A stretch of 63,393 nt of DNA, counting the filler, from Octopus bimaculoides (lineage: Eukaryota), in NCBI RefSeq assembly GCF_001194135.2. It is 6 parts of 6 records of this genome, joined end to end, with 100 filler letters (N's around TTAATTAATTAA, not from the genome) between each part and the next. Parts side by side here need not be neighbours in the genome. Positions count along the whole stretch, not along the records: positions 1 to 20,657 come from NC_068991.1; positions 20,758 to 28,536 come from NC_068992.1; 4 more parts are not named here. The stretch is one strand, 5' to 3'. Position numbers and translations under genes: made by a program. Under the pieces are notes generated by a model. It was not told where the DNA came from. It ran no database searches and was given only the letters and a program-made list of their open reading frames with translations. This document shows, piece by piece, positions 13,331 through 25,172 of the stretch (positions are counted from its first letter, which is position 1; each line of letters opens with the position of its first letter).

Positions 13331-13522
13331 CATTTCAAATCTCACTGTACACAGTGCAAATAATAATTTTTTTTTAGTTTAAATGGAGTTATTCTCTTTT
13401 AGTATAACAGACAAACACATGTTGTGACAAAAATATTATACAAAATGGTTAATGAGTGAAGAACCAATAATTAAAGAAGCAAAAAAAAAAAACGCATTAA
13501 AGGAAAATAAGTAATCATTTAC

Positions 13523-13626
13523 CTCCAATATACAACAAGGTAGTCGGACACTCCTTGATCATTAAAAATATCAAAAAGTTCTTTATGTGTGCAGAAACTT
13601 TCCACTCGAGATATCACATTCACAAA
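13523..13626 (-). CDS. OTUB1: Otubain (OTUB1-like) deubiquitinase, internal exon
   Basis: gtccAG acceptor and GTAAAT donor; 104 nt, phase 0->2; FVNVISRVESFCTHKELFDIFNDQGVSDYLVVYW(R) resembles human ...FNDQSTSDYLVVYLR. Splices in frame to 11135-11225. Confidence 0.92.
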
Positions 13627-14719
13627 CTGGACAAGTACAGAAACAATAATTAGCTTTTCTTCTTTAAAAATACATTATGAATAAGATGGGATTTCAAATT
13701 AATGAAAACTAAAAAAATTAATATGAAATATTAGCAAAGGTAACTATTTGTTGAAAATAATTATTTGTTAGGAAGTCAAACTAAATTTGAGAAGAAATAA
13801 ATAATCACCACTAAAAAAGTGGTGTGACTACATTAATACATAAATTTCTCTGAAAATTAGCAAACTATACAGCAGTCAGTAATTTAAGTGCTTTTGTATT
13901 ACAATAAGTACTGTGACAGGTTCCATCTCCAAATTTCAAATAATACACTCAGTAGATTCAAATCTGAAAGATAAGTAATCAATATGCATTCAATGCCCTT
14001 CAACATTACAATAGCTCAAAGATAAATTATAAGATAAACTTTTTAGCAGTTTGCCATTTTGAGGATCAATGCCTCAATCAACTGGTAGATGAATACTAGT
14101 AGACGATGTCTACTAGTATATGTCTACAAATATTGAACTAGCTTCAAAATTTCAAGCATTTTAGTGAAAACAGAACATAACCACTGACAGAGATATTACA
14201 GCATAGGTCAAAATAGCATATGGTATTTGTTCCAGCTCTTTGTGCTTTGAGTTCAAATTTCACTAAGGTCAGCTTTGCTTTTCATTCTCTTATGGGATCA
14301 ATAAAATAAGAAGTCCAGAGCAGTCACTTGGCAGAAATTTTAGAGCATTGGAGTGGATCCCTTGTGATATTTGTTCTGGTTCATGGTGTTATGAGTTCAA
14401 ATCCTACCATGGCCTATTTAAAAGCTAGATTTAACCTGTTATCCAATTTAACACTAGTCCCTGACACCTTGAGTGCAAGCATTCAGGAGATAACTTCCTC
14501 CCACAAATCTGGAAGGCTCTGAAAAAAATAATGGGTCATGGGTACACCCATTCCCTTCCTAAGTGATAAAAAAAATATGCTTACACATCAATGCTCATAC
14601 ACGTACAAATACCTGAATAGGAGATAATTTCATCAGGCATTAATATCACTAACTATTTCCATTCTCAATTTACACTGATATAAACTTTGTTACCATCATT
14701 TATGCTCATGCTTTGTTGT

Positions 14720-15130
14720 AATCATTGTGAAACTGCCTAAGAAGGGAGGCCTATCCAACTGAAATATCTGGCAGGGCATCACACTGCAGTCAGTGTCTTG
14801 TAAAGTTTTCTGCAAAGTGTTTCTAAACAGGCTGAAAATGTGCTGTACTCTGAGAGGAGCAAAATGTATTGTATAACAACCGATCTTGCACTGAGTAAAT
14901 CTTTATATTCAGAAATATTATTGAACAGTGTATTGAACATCAAAAACTACTAAATTTTATTGACCTTAAAAATACATTTGATAGTGTCCACAGAGTCTTT
15001 GTGTGGAATTCTTCACATTATGGATCTCTCAACACTTTGTTAGTATCTTTAAGTTTACTCAAATTCACAATGCTGTATTCAAATAGAAATAGGGAAAACA
15101 GATTCAATTGTCACTAACTGTGACTGACAG
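14720..15130 (+). mobile_element. Highly decayed RTE-type LINE RT fragment
   Basis: IVKLPKKGGLSN*NIWQGITLQSVSCKVF and FIDLKNTFDSVHR. Confidence 0.7.
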
Positions 15131-15789
15131 TGCAGGGTAGCACCTACATTGCAAGAAATAAGAGTTAAAAACCCTTAGAACAGCAAAGAAGCCCTACTGT
15201 GAGATCACCATACTAGTCTAGCTTTGCTTAAAATTAAAGCTTATCAATGGTGACTATTACATTGCTGGATGGTTTGGCTAAATCCTGACTGTCAGTATAT
15301 AGTATTTACCATATGAATCAATGGTAATGTGAAAATTATGAAATAATGAAGGTAGTTACATGCAATATAAAACCAAAAAAGAAAAATTCAGTTGTCACTA
15401 ACTGTGACTGGTGCCCTCAAGATATGGGGTCAGAATATAAATGGTAGGGTATTGCAAAGGTGCATGAGTAGGGAATAGAGACTTCACATGAATGCAAGGA
15501 GGGAGGGGGGAGGTAGCAGTGACTGGTAAAACCTGGGTAAACAGAGGGGGTGGGGGACAACAAGTTAGCAATGATACAGTGAACAGGACAGTGAGGGCAG
15601 GATTGGGAAGCAAGAGATAAGCACATGCATAGTGCATGAAAAGAGGGAAAATGAGAAAGAGGAAAGATGTAGTTTGGTTTGTAGGGGTAGAGTGTGGAAA
15701 AAGTTTGATTGTTGTTACATGGGGATGGAACCCACAGTGGTTCTAGAACTCAGTTTCGGTGAAGTGGGCAGGTCTGCTCAAGAACATCA

Positions 15790-17060
15790 TATCGCCAGAC
15801 ATCTTGGTCTATTGTCATCTCTGTGAGGCCCAACATCCTGAAATTGGTTCTCATCACTTTATTCCATGTCTTCCTGGGTCTCCCTCTTCCATAGGTGCTA
15901 CCCACTCTCAGTGATCAGCACTTCTTTACACAACTGTTTCCATTCATACACATCAAATGTCTAAACCAATGTAGTCTTCTTTCTTACATGCGGCATCTGA
16001 TTGCTCTTATGCCCAACTTTTCTCTCAACACATTTGCACTCTGTTGTACATGCACACTGATGTGGCACATCTAACAGACCATATTACCTTCATTCTTCAC
16101 TAGTCTATGCCTGTCTTCTGCATTCAGAGGCCAGGTCTCAATACCTTTCACTCTGAGAGATAAAGAATCCTTTTGTTGTCAAAAGAGGTAAAAGTTCTCT
16201 GAACTTTTCCATCCTATTCTTATTCTAGAAACTATACTTTCAGAACATACTCCACCAGTGCTAATTTGGTCACCTAGGTAACAACAACTATCCACAATCT
16301 CAAGAAAGTCTCCTGGGCATTTGAGAGAGTCTGATTTCCATGTGTCCTTAGTGCATATTGTTCCTGTACATCTTCCACATATGTTAATCTACCTGTGATT
16401 CCACCACACCTCTTATGTGTCCATAGCTTACACTGGGTGCAGCGAATGGAATTAATTCCAACTCCTTTTCTACATACTGAGCAGAGCCATTTCCCTAATG
16501 GCAAGAGAGTATTATCTGCTTTCTTGCTAAGAACAACTTTTGTTTTTGCTAGGTTAACTGAAAGGCCCTTTGATTCCAGGTTTTGCTTCCATACCTGGAA
16601 TTTCTTCTCCAATTCTGCAATGAGAGCAAGGTCATCAGCATATGGTAGTTTCATGGGTATCTTATTTTGAATTCCTGTCATGGGCTGGGGGACTATGATA
16701 AATAATAGTGGACTGAGAACTGAGCCCTGGTGGAACCCTACTTGTATATTAAATTCATCACTGTATTCATGGCTCTCACCCTACTGACAGCATGTACCAC
16801 TCTAACAAGCCACTCACCTACTCCTAACTTCCTTAGAGACCACCAGATAACAAAGTGAGGGACTCAGTCAAAAATATTTCTCCAGGTTGACAAAAACCAA
16901 ATACAATGGCTTGCTTTTGGTCAAATACTTTTCCTGCAGCTGTCTCATTAGGATGAGGTCATCTGTAGTATGCTTCTCAGGTACAAAACCAAATTGCATC
17001 ACATCCAGTTTAATTCTATTCTGAATCAACTGAGCTATAACTCTCTCAGTAACTTTCATG
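15790..17060 (-). mobile_element. Decayed RTE LINE RT fragment (same family as 490-2935)
   Basis: MKVTERVIAQLI..QFGFVP..TTD, NLEKYF, GFHQGSVLSPLLF, LPYADDLAL, KGLSVNLAKTK, CSVCRKGVG. Confidence 0.85.
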
Positions 17061-17544
17061 ACCTGGTACACACGAGTATGTATATACATTATCTTCATTG
17101 TTTAGCATCCGTCTTCCATGCTAGCGTGGGTGACACACACATATACATACTTACACATACATACATATATATATATTACATCATGGCTGGTTGCCAGCAA
17201 ATTTTTCTGCTTTTAAAAGGATTTTATCCTTTATATATACTGTTCAGTATTTAAGTGTTGAAGAAATATATCTTTCTACTAGTTCTACAGTGTGTGTGTG
17301 TGTGAGCGCGCGTGTGCGTGCGTGTGTGTGGTAGTGTCACTCTTCCAAAAAGGTGGTTCCTTCTCAGAAAACCCAATAAGGATAAGTAAAACACTGAATG
17401 AACAAATCGAAAGTCTTTTCACCCTACCCTACCCAAGTCAACAAACCTGAAGAATTCCTTTATTACTACAGATGCAAAGAGGGAGGCAGAAACCATCACT
17501 ACAGATGTAAAAAGAGAGGCAGAAACAATTTATTACATCAACAT

Positions 17545-18470
17545 AAATAAAAGATGTAATATTAGCTACAGATGATGTAATACTAGCACATTCAGCTGCT
17601 GGTCCTGATGGATTCCCAGCAATCTTTTTCAAATCATGTAAGTGAGCCCTTGCAAAACCACTGCAGCTTCTTTTTCAGTGCTTCTTTGCAAGTGGTAAGC
17701 TCCCAAGCAAATTGAAGGAGGGAATAATATGCCCTATTCATAAAGGAAGCAGAGATGTTAAAAATTATAGACCTATCTATCTGACCTCACATGTCAGCAA
17801 AGTCATGGAATGGACAGTCCAAAGGAAGCTAACTGCATTCCTTGAAGGCAATAACTTGCTGACTGACACAGCTCTTGCAGCAATATAGTTGGGTGTTACA
17901 GCAGCTGCTCAACAACTCAAATGTAGATGTAATATATTTGAACTTTGTAAAAGCCTTTGATCAAGTCAACCATGGTATGAAATATCACAAGCTGTATAAT
18001 CTTGGCAGAGCTAGAAAACTTGGAGAGTGGTTACATGACTTTCTAAAAGACAGATATCAGGTACCTGCTGCCAAGAAAACACAAATAATGAGTTGTGTCC
18101 CACTGTCTTGGGGGCCACTGCTATTCATAGTGGCCCTCTCAGAAATACCCTCAGTTGCTCAGATAACCACCCTTGTTAGCTATGCAAATGATACAAAAGT
18201 CTCTCAGATGATACAGAACCCAAGAGATGTTGTGCACCTGCAACAGAAGTTGCACGCAATAGACAGGTGAGCTAAGGATAACATGCAGTGTGATGGGACT
18301 GCAATTCATGAATCAAAATCAGTGCACGACCTGGGCACTGACTTGAGTAATGACGTATCTTTCCAGATGCATATTACTACATTGGCAATACAATGCAGAT
18401 GGCTGGCCAGATGGATACTTAGAACTTTCAGAACAAGGAACAGGAAACCATGATGGTCGTTCCACACATC
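17545..18470 (+). mobile_element. Decayed CR1-group LINE RT fragment
   Basis: SAAGPDGFPAIF, NYRPIYLTSHVSKVME, DVIYLNFVKAFDQVNHG, GPLLFIV, YANDTK. Confidence 0.8.
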
Positions 18471-18483
18471 ACTGGCTATTTGA

Positions 18484-18525
<42 letters not shown>

Positions 18526-18759
18526 CGTGCATGCGTGCGTGTGTGTGTGTGTGTGAAATTCAAATTACGACAAGCATCTGTATGTATATATAACTGTATG
18601 TGTATGTACATATATATATATATCTGTATGTGTAAAAATTCAGATTCAAATGAATATGGTACTTAAGTTGTGGCACCAGAATTTAGTACGGTATTATCCA
18701 TACTATTTCAAAATAAGGTGATTAAAATCAAAATAAGCAACGAGGATATGTAGAGGTAA

Positions 18760-18845
18760 TGCAGTACAATCGTTTCAAGCAACTCCATTTAATTGAACAA
18801 TGCAATCATTACATCAATTTAAATGCAGAGCAATCCTCAGCTGCA
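18760..18845 (-). ncRNA. Minimal type I hammerhead ribozyme motif
   Basis: Minus strand: UGCAG-CUGAGGA-(extended stem II including CAUUUAA/UUAAAUG)-GAAAC-GAUU-GUA-CUGCA. Confidence 0.7.
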
Positions 18846-20485
18846 GACAGACATAGAATTTAATTAAATTAAAACAGATGGACACATTAGTATAATTTTA
18901 CCTAAAATCTCCAAGAGGGTAAGGAAATAGAGAACATGCTGTCTTCACTTCAGCTTAGAAGCTACTAAGGTATCAGGAAGAAAGACTTGTTACAGATTTT
19001 GCTTGTCACTGTTTTATGGAGTTAGTTTTAATTTATAGACTAGTTTAACAAATCTTTGTATATCTAACGCCAAAAGAGCAAGGAGCAATACCTGTTAAGA
19101 AGTGGGCTGAGGAAGTTGACAGAAATCATAGTGAGTATAGTCATAAAAACTATCAAGATTTATTTGAAGCAATATCATGAGATTTGGTAAAGGAAATCTT
19201 AAATCAAGATGTTAGCTGACAATTAAAGGGGCAGGCCACTAGTAGACCACTGATAATGAAACAGGGGAAATCTTATCATGTAGTACTATAGTTAAATATT
19301 TAAAGCAATACTGCTATAGTGTATAAAGTTAAAATTTAGGATTATTCAGAAGATTATTAAGAAGAATATTATAACAAAAGGATAAAAAGTTTTTTGAATA
19401 CTTTTGAGCATATACCAAACTTTTACCACAAGGAGGACAAGAAATTATCTAGAAACAGTTTAATATTTATACATATCATATACTTAAATACTAACTTATC
19501 AGATGGTATCTATGAAGATTGATCAATTGGTATATACTGGTATTTGATAAAGGTGTACTAAGGTAAAAGAACATGCTAACTGTATATTAATTAAATTATA
19601 ATCTAAGCAGTTTATTTTAAGTAGTGAATATACCAGTATTGTTTTATATATGAATTTATAGAGGTACAAAATTAGATTGATTTTATTAATAAATAAAGAC
19701 TATTATAAAATAATAAATAATAAAATAATGAGGTAGGGCAGAACACCATAGAAAAGGAATAAAATAGCTTAATCACTAAAAACATGATAAAGTATATATA
19801 CCTTATAAACATCAATAGAGAAGATTTATAGAAAATGTATAATAATTTAAGTACACTAAACTAAAAATTATATCTTTACTTATTTAGCTAGTATCAATAA
19901 AGACTGATACCTGGTATCAGCTAAAGGAATATTGATGTTATAGGACATTCTAATTTTAAAACTAAGAAGTATATTATAGTTACTCCATACATGATATTTA
20001 GTTTCTTAGGGGTACTTAATTAGAAGGGCTACTTATATAAAGGCCCTTATAAATACTAAGATAAGGAGGGTAGAGCACTTTAAGAAAGGGATAAATCAAG
20101 TAATTTCTAAAGACCATTTCAAACAATATTGCCATATTGTATAAAGTTAAAATTTAGGATTGTCAAGAAGATTATCAAGAATGATATTATAACAAAAGGA
20201 TAAAATTTCTTCAAATACTTTTGAGTATATACCAAATTTTACAATAGAGGGAGGAAAAGAAAGTACATAGAAATAGCTTAATATTTATACAAAATATTTA
20301 TCTAAATATTAACTTATTAGATGGTATCTATGGAGATTGATCAATTGGATTTTACTGATATTTAATAAAGGAGTACTGAGGTTAAAGAACATGTTAACTA
20401 TATACTAATTTAATTAAAGTTATTTTAAGTTGTTGAGATACGGGATTGTTTTATATAAGCTAAGTATGAATTTATAGGAGTTTTT

Positions 20486-20562
20486 ATGCAGCTGAGGATT
20501 AAATTGATGTAATGATTGCATTGTTCAATTAAAGGGAGTTGCTTGAAATAATCGTACTGCAT
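20486..20562 (+). ncRNA. Minimal type I hammerhead ribozyme motif (C->U at the GAAAC position)
   Basis: ATGCAG-CTGAGGA(20492-20498)..GAAAT(20545)-AATC-GTA(20554-20556)-CTGCAT; 6-bp stem I, partly deleted stem II. Confidence 0.55.
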
Positions 20563-20605
20563 TACCTCTGGATGTCTTTTTTGCTTATTTTGATATCTGT
20601 ATGTG

Positions 20606-20636
<31 letters not shown>

Positions 20637-20657
20637 CTGTATGTGTTTGCGTATATA

Positions 20658-20757
20658 NNNNNNNNNNNNNNNNNNNNNNNNNNNNNNNNNNNNNNNNNNN
20701 NTTAATTAATTAANNNNNNNNNNNNNNNNNNNNNNNNNNNNNNNNNNNNNNNNNNNN
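20658..20757. other. Artificial scaffold join linker
   Basis: 44 N + TTAATTAATTAA + 44 N = exactly 100 bp. Confidence 0.9.
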
Positions 20758-21199
20758 TGTTATAGTTTCTTCACTGAGAATATTGACCAAGGTTACCGTG
20801 GTCTTTTCCGTGGGTTTTTCCTTCCACGGCTAAACCTAAACTGTCCTCCCCTCTTTTTACACGAGAACATTACTGTGTGATTCACGATCCCTATTGATCG
20901 GCCTTTCCTTTTCTATTTTTTTCGATCCCTTTTGATCGAACTGCCCGTTTTTCCCTTCCTACGATCCCTTTTGATCGACACCACCATTTTTTTTTTCCTT
21001 CCTTCCCCCTCCCAAAAAGAAAAGCTCTACATTGTATTTGTCCCATCTTCGTTGAGCCCTGTGTGGCTAATAAAAGAAATGTATCTATGTGTGTATGTAT
21101 GTATACATGTAGGAATGAATGTAAGCATACGTTTCGATGCTAATTTATGTGTATTTGGGTACATTCGTGTGTAGGCGTGTGTGTTTCTTTGCGTATTGC

Positions 21200-23400
21200 A
21201 ATGTGTGAGAGCTTAGCGGCATTTCGTCCGTCTATCCGTCTTTTATGTTTTGAGTACAAATTCGGCCGAGGTTGACATTGTCTTTCTTGCGGTGTCGATA
21301 AAATAAATACCAGTCGAGCACTGGCGTTGCTGTCATCGATTATCTCTCTTCTCCAAAATGTTAGGCCTTGTACTTTATGTAAAAATAATTAACATTATTG
21401 TTATTCAAGTCAGTATTATTTGATTAGGTGAGGCAGTAATATTACACACATGGACTGAGGCAGCGAGCTGCCGAGAATCGTAATCTGGACCGGTAAAATG
21501 CTTGGCTGCATCTTTGCGTATGCATATGTATATACATATATATATCTTTATCTTTTCCCAAAACTTGTAACTATTATTATACATAGGGCTTAAACCATCC
21601 AATTATTATCACAATCTGCCTCCAAGGCTTCTAATCGAGGTCGAACTTGTGATTTATCTTCTGTGTACCAACAACGCACAGCTTGAGTTGTGAATGGTTG
21701 CTGATTAAAACACTGAAACCTGCCGTTTAAAACTACCATATAAAGTAATACCTTATTTATACAGTGAATTTTCATCATTTAAAATACTGTTCCATCTTTA
21801 ATATTATTATGTCTGATCAAAGTCGATTCAACTTTTATATTCTATGACATTTAGCTTAAAGATTGGTGTCAAATTTAGATGTTGTTTTCAACAGCTTGGC
21901 TGGTTCCATTTATTCTTTTTAAGTGTACAAACACTCTCTCTAACTTCAGTAATATGTAAAAGCGATATACACAACTTATATGCATTTCCCTATGGCTATA
22001 TAAATGTATTGGGTTGGTTTCATCAGGGAATTGAGTCGCTTCGCTTTAGCGGTGGAACTAGAGCTTATCACACATTCTCTGCGATATTTTCCAGTTTATT
22101 CAATTAGATGGAAATGTTTCTACGTTCTGCATGAAGAGAAAACTGAAAATTGTTTCATCAGTCATTCCCGAAGGTTATCAACTGATGTAAATAAAATGAT
22201 GTTTTTCATCCATGAAGTGAAAATGCTTCACAATTTCAGCTTAGAAGTAACTTTGCTCTTACTTATCGATGGTTACTTTCATTATTATAAGAGCTGTAAA
22301 GGCAGCGAGCTGGCAGAACTGTTGGAATGTCAAATATGATACAAAAAAAAATAATAAAACAAATTAAAAAAAAAAACAAACGGAAAGTGTTCAGCGACTT
22401 TTCTTCCGGCTCTTTAAGTTCTAAGTTCAAATTCCGCCGAGGTGGACTTTACCTTTCATCATTTCCGGGTCGATAACATAAGTAGCAGTCAAATACTGGT
22501 TGCAATGTAATCGACTAACATGGCTCCGAGAAAATTTCAGGCCTTCTATCTATTGTAGAATGGCTTATTATAAGAGCTGTAAGGACCGCGACCTGGGAGA
22601 AAGAGAAAGCAAAAACAAAGTGGCCGGCGTCATTTCTCCAGCTCTTTACATTCTCAGAATCCCATCATGCAGTTTATACTTTGAAAGTCGATAAAAGCAG
22701 AGAGCTGGCAGAAAACGCGTCGAGCTGGCAGAAACTTTAGCACGCCGGTATTTCGTCTACCGTTACGTTCTGAGTTCAAATTACACCGAGGTCGACTTTG
22801 CCTTTCATCCTTTCGGGGTATATAAATTAAGTAGCAGTTACACACTGGGGTCGATGTAATCGACGTAATCCCTTTGTTTGTCCTTGTTTGTCTCCTCTAT
22901 GTTTAGCCCCTTGAAAAGTTAGCAATCTGGGCAAAATACTTAGCAGTATTTCGTCTGTTTTTTACGTTCTGAGTTCAAATTCCGCCGAGGTTCACTTTAC
23001 TTTTCATCTTTTCGAGGTCGATAAATTAAGTACCAGTTGCATACGGAGGTCGATCTACCCCAAAATTTCGGGCCTTGTGACTAGAATAGGAAAGTGTATT
23101 TACAAAGTCGATAAAATAGTAATCAAGCTTCGTGGTCGATGTATTAGCTTGCATCTCCCCTCATAATTGCTGACCTTGTGTCAAAAATAGCATTAGTTAT
23201 CATAAGAAATTTGGGATGGTGCATTGGGGGAAAATATCAGCTTTAATGTTCTGAGTTCAAATGTCACCGACGTTAGTTTTACATTTTATCATTTCGACGT
23301 CAATAGGACAAGAACTAAATATGAATAAATTGATTAATTAAACAGTCAAGTACTGGGTCAATGCCATCACCTTACTTCTCCATTCAAACGTGATTGTTTG
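21200..23400 (+). repeat. Cluster of about 6-7 decayed tRNA-type SINE copies
   Basis: Recurrent gcgagctggcagaa...ttctgagttcaaattccgccgaggtcgactttgcctttcatc...ggtcgataaattaagtaccagt. Confidence 0.75.
21596..21719 (-). CDS. Candidate orphan exon of an unidentified gene
   Basis: cggcAG...GTTTAA boundaries; 124 nt open in one frame: FQCFNQQPFTTQAVRCWYTEDKSQVRPRLEALEADCDNNWM. No family recognised; weak donor. Confidence 0.3.
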
Positions 23401-23500
23401 GTGCTTACATCAGAAGACATTATTTGAATAAATTCAGGTAAAATTCGATCCTTGAATCTGAAACCTTTTGCATAACTTCGCAACATTTATTTGTAGTAGC

Positions 23501-23535
<35 letters not shown>

Positions 23536-25131
23536 AGTAAACAAAGATTCTCTCGTAAAAATATTCAAATCATGTGATTTGAAGAGGGCGCTCGTATCCT
23601 TTATTTGACGTGATTAAATCGAAAATAAACAACGTGTTTTGCACAAACAGCTGTTTATATCATGTACGTAGCTATTTGGATTTAATACAAAAAGCTTACT
23701 TACAGAAATTTCCATTAGAATCAAATCGAAAAAGAATATTATTTTTTGCTATGTTGATTCATTTCTATATGGAATTAACTGTAAATACTAAATTCTGTTG
23801 ATAACATCAATGTCAGTGTTTGATTTACATCATGCTTCGGCAATATTTAGTTCCCCGGTAGGAATTTATAATATAAAGCTTCTTTTACTAAATACATAAT
23901 ATACAATAACAACTAACCTCTGAATATTTGTTAAAGATTTATTTCAACATTATGTCATACATATCAAACTATATCCTGCGAAATCTATTCACGGAGAAAA
24001 TAAGGAAGATTTAGCTAAAGATAAGTATGTATTATTTAAGTGACTTAATGTTTGACAAAGGAAAGCCTAGGTCAAAACGCAAATAAATTTAACCGACATA
24101 AAATATTATACTGAATATTCTACGATTTCAGAAAATCATAGCCAAGGAAATATCAAAATAAATTCAGATTAAATTACGCTCTGTGTAGCATTAATAAAAT
24201 AATTTATAGTTTTGGCTGTTTGTAAATGCAAACACTTTAGAATGGTTGGAACTAAATACCTTTTCTTATTAAATAATATCAACCGATATTCTAAATTCAA
24301 ATCATACCATATCCGTCCCCTACGATCCGCTCAAGATACCTATACTTATATATATNNNNNNNNNNNNNNNNNNNNNNNNNNNNNNNNNNNNNNNNNNNNN
24401 NNNNNNNNNNNNNNNNNNNNNNNNNNNNNNNNNNNNNNNNNNNNNNNNNNNNNNNNNNNNNNNNNNNNNNNNNNNNNNNNNNNNNNNNNNNNNNNNNNNN
24501 NNNNNNNNNNNNNNNNNNNNNNNNNNNNNNNTATATATATATATATATGTAGGTATGTATGTATGTTAATTAACTTAAGTCTACCAACGTAAGGAAATAC
24601 CTAAATATTAGGGCATTTTCGCGGCAAGTGTGATGACATATTACACCAATGTACCCCCACATAGTTTGTACAACAAATTTAAGAAATATAACATCATAGT
24701 AGTAAATATGTTACCGTGTAATGTGCGAATATTGCGTGAATTATGAAACAGCGATTTAAATTTTTATATAATTAAACTTTATATATATATATATATGTAC
24801 ACATAAACAACGTATGTATGTGCTTTGCTAGTTCAGCAGTCGGTATTAATTTGACGCTCTACAGATGAACCTCTGAAACCGTCAGATGCTGACTATGATT
24901 TTCAGTTATTTGAAACAGCAGACACATGAAGAGGGTCATCTCTAGTGTATCAAATCGCAGCCGACAGAATAACTAGCAAAGGACATATATTCGATGCACC
25001 AGAATGGCTAAATACTAAGAGCTGAAACATATAATGGTATAAAACGATATATATGTGTGTGTGTATGTGTGTGTATGTATATGTATGTGTGTGTGTGTGT
25101 GTTTGTGTGTGTTCGTGTGTGCGTGTGTGTG

Positions 25132-25172
<41 letters not shown>

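Larger units (their letters stand above)
18728..20593. mobile_element. Element C: AT-rich element bounded by ~110-120-bp inverted repeats, each with a hammerhead motif; internal ~340-bp direct duplication
   Basis: 18728-18845 approximates the reverse complement of 20486-20593. About 19295-19650 matches about 20117-20460 (direct). Confidence 0.75.

Noticed and set aside
22004-22339. 111-aa plus-strand ORF
   Set aside because: No recognisable motif or splice support, and it runs into a SINE.
21200-23400. CRISPR-like array of recurring motifs
   Set aside because: Irregular, diverged SINE copies in a eukaryotic genome; no constant repeat/spacer periodicity.
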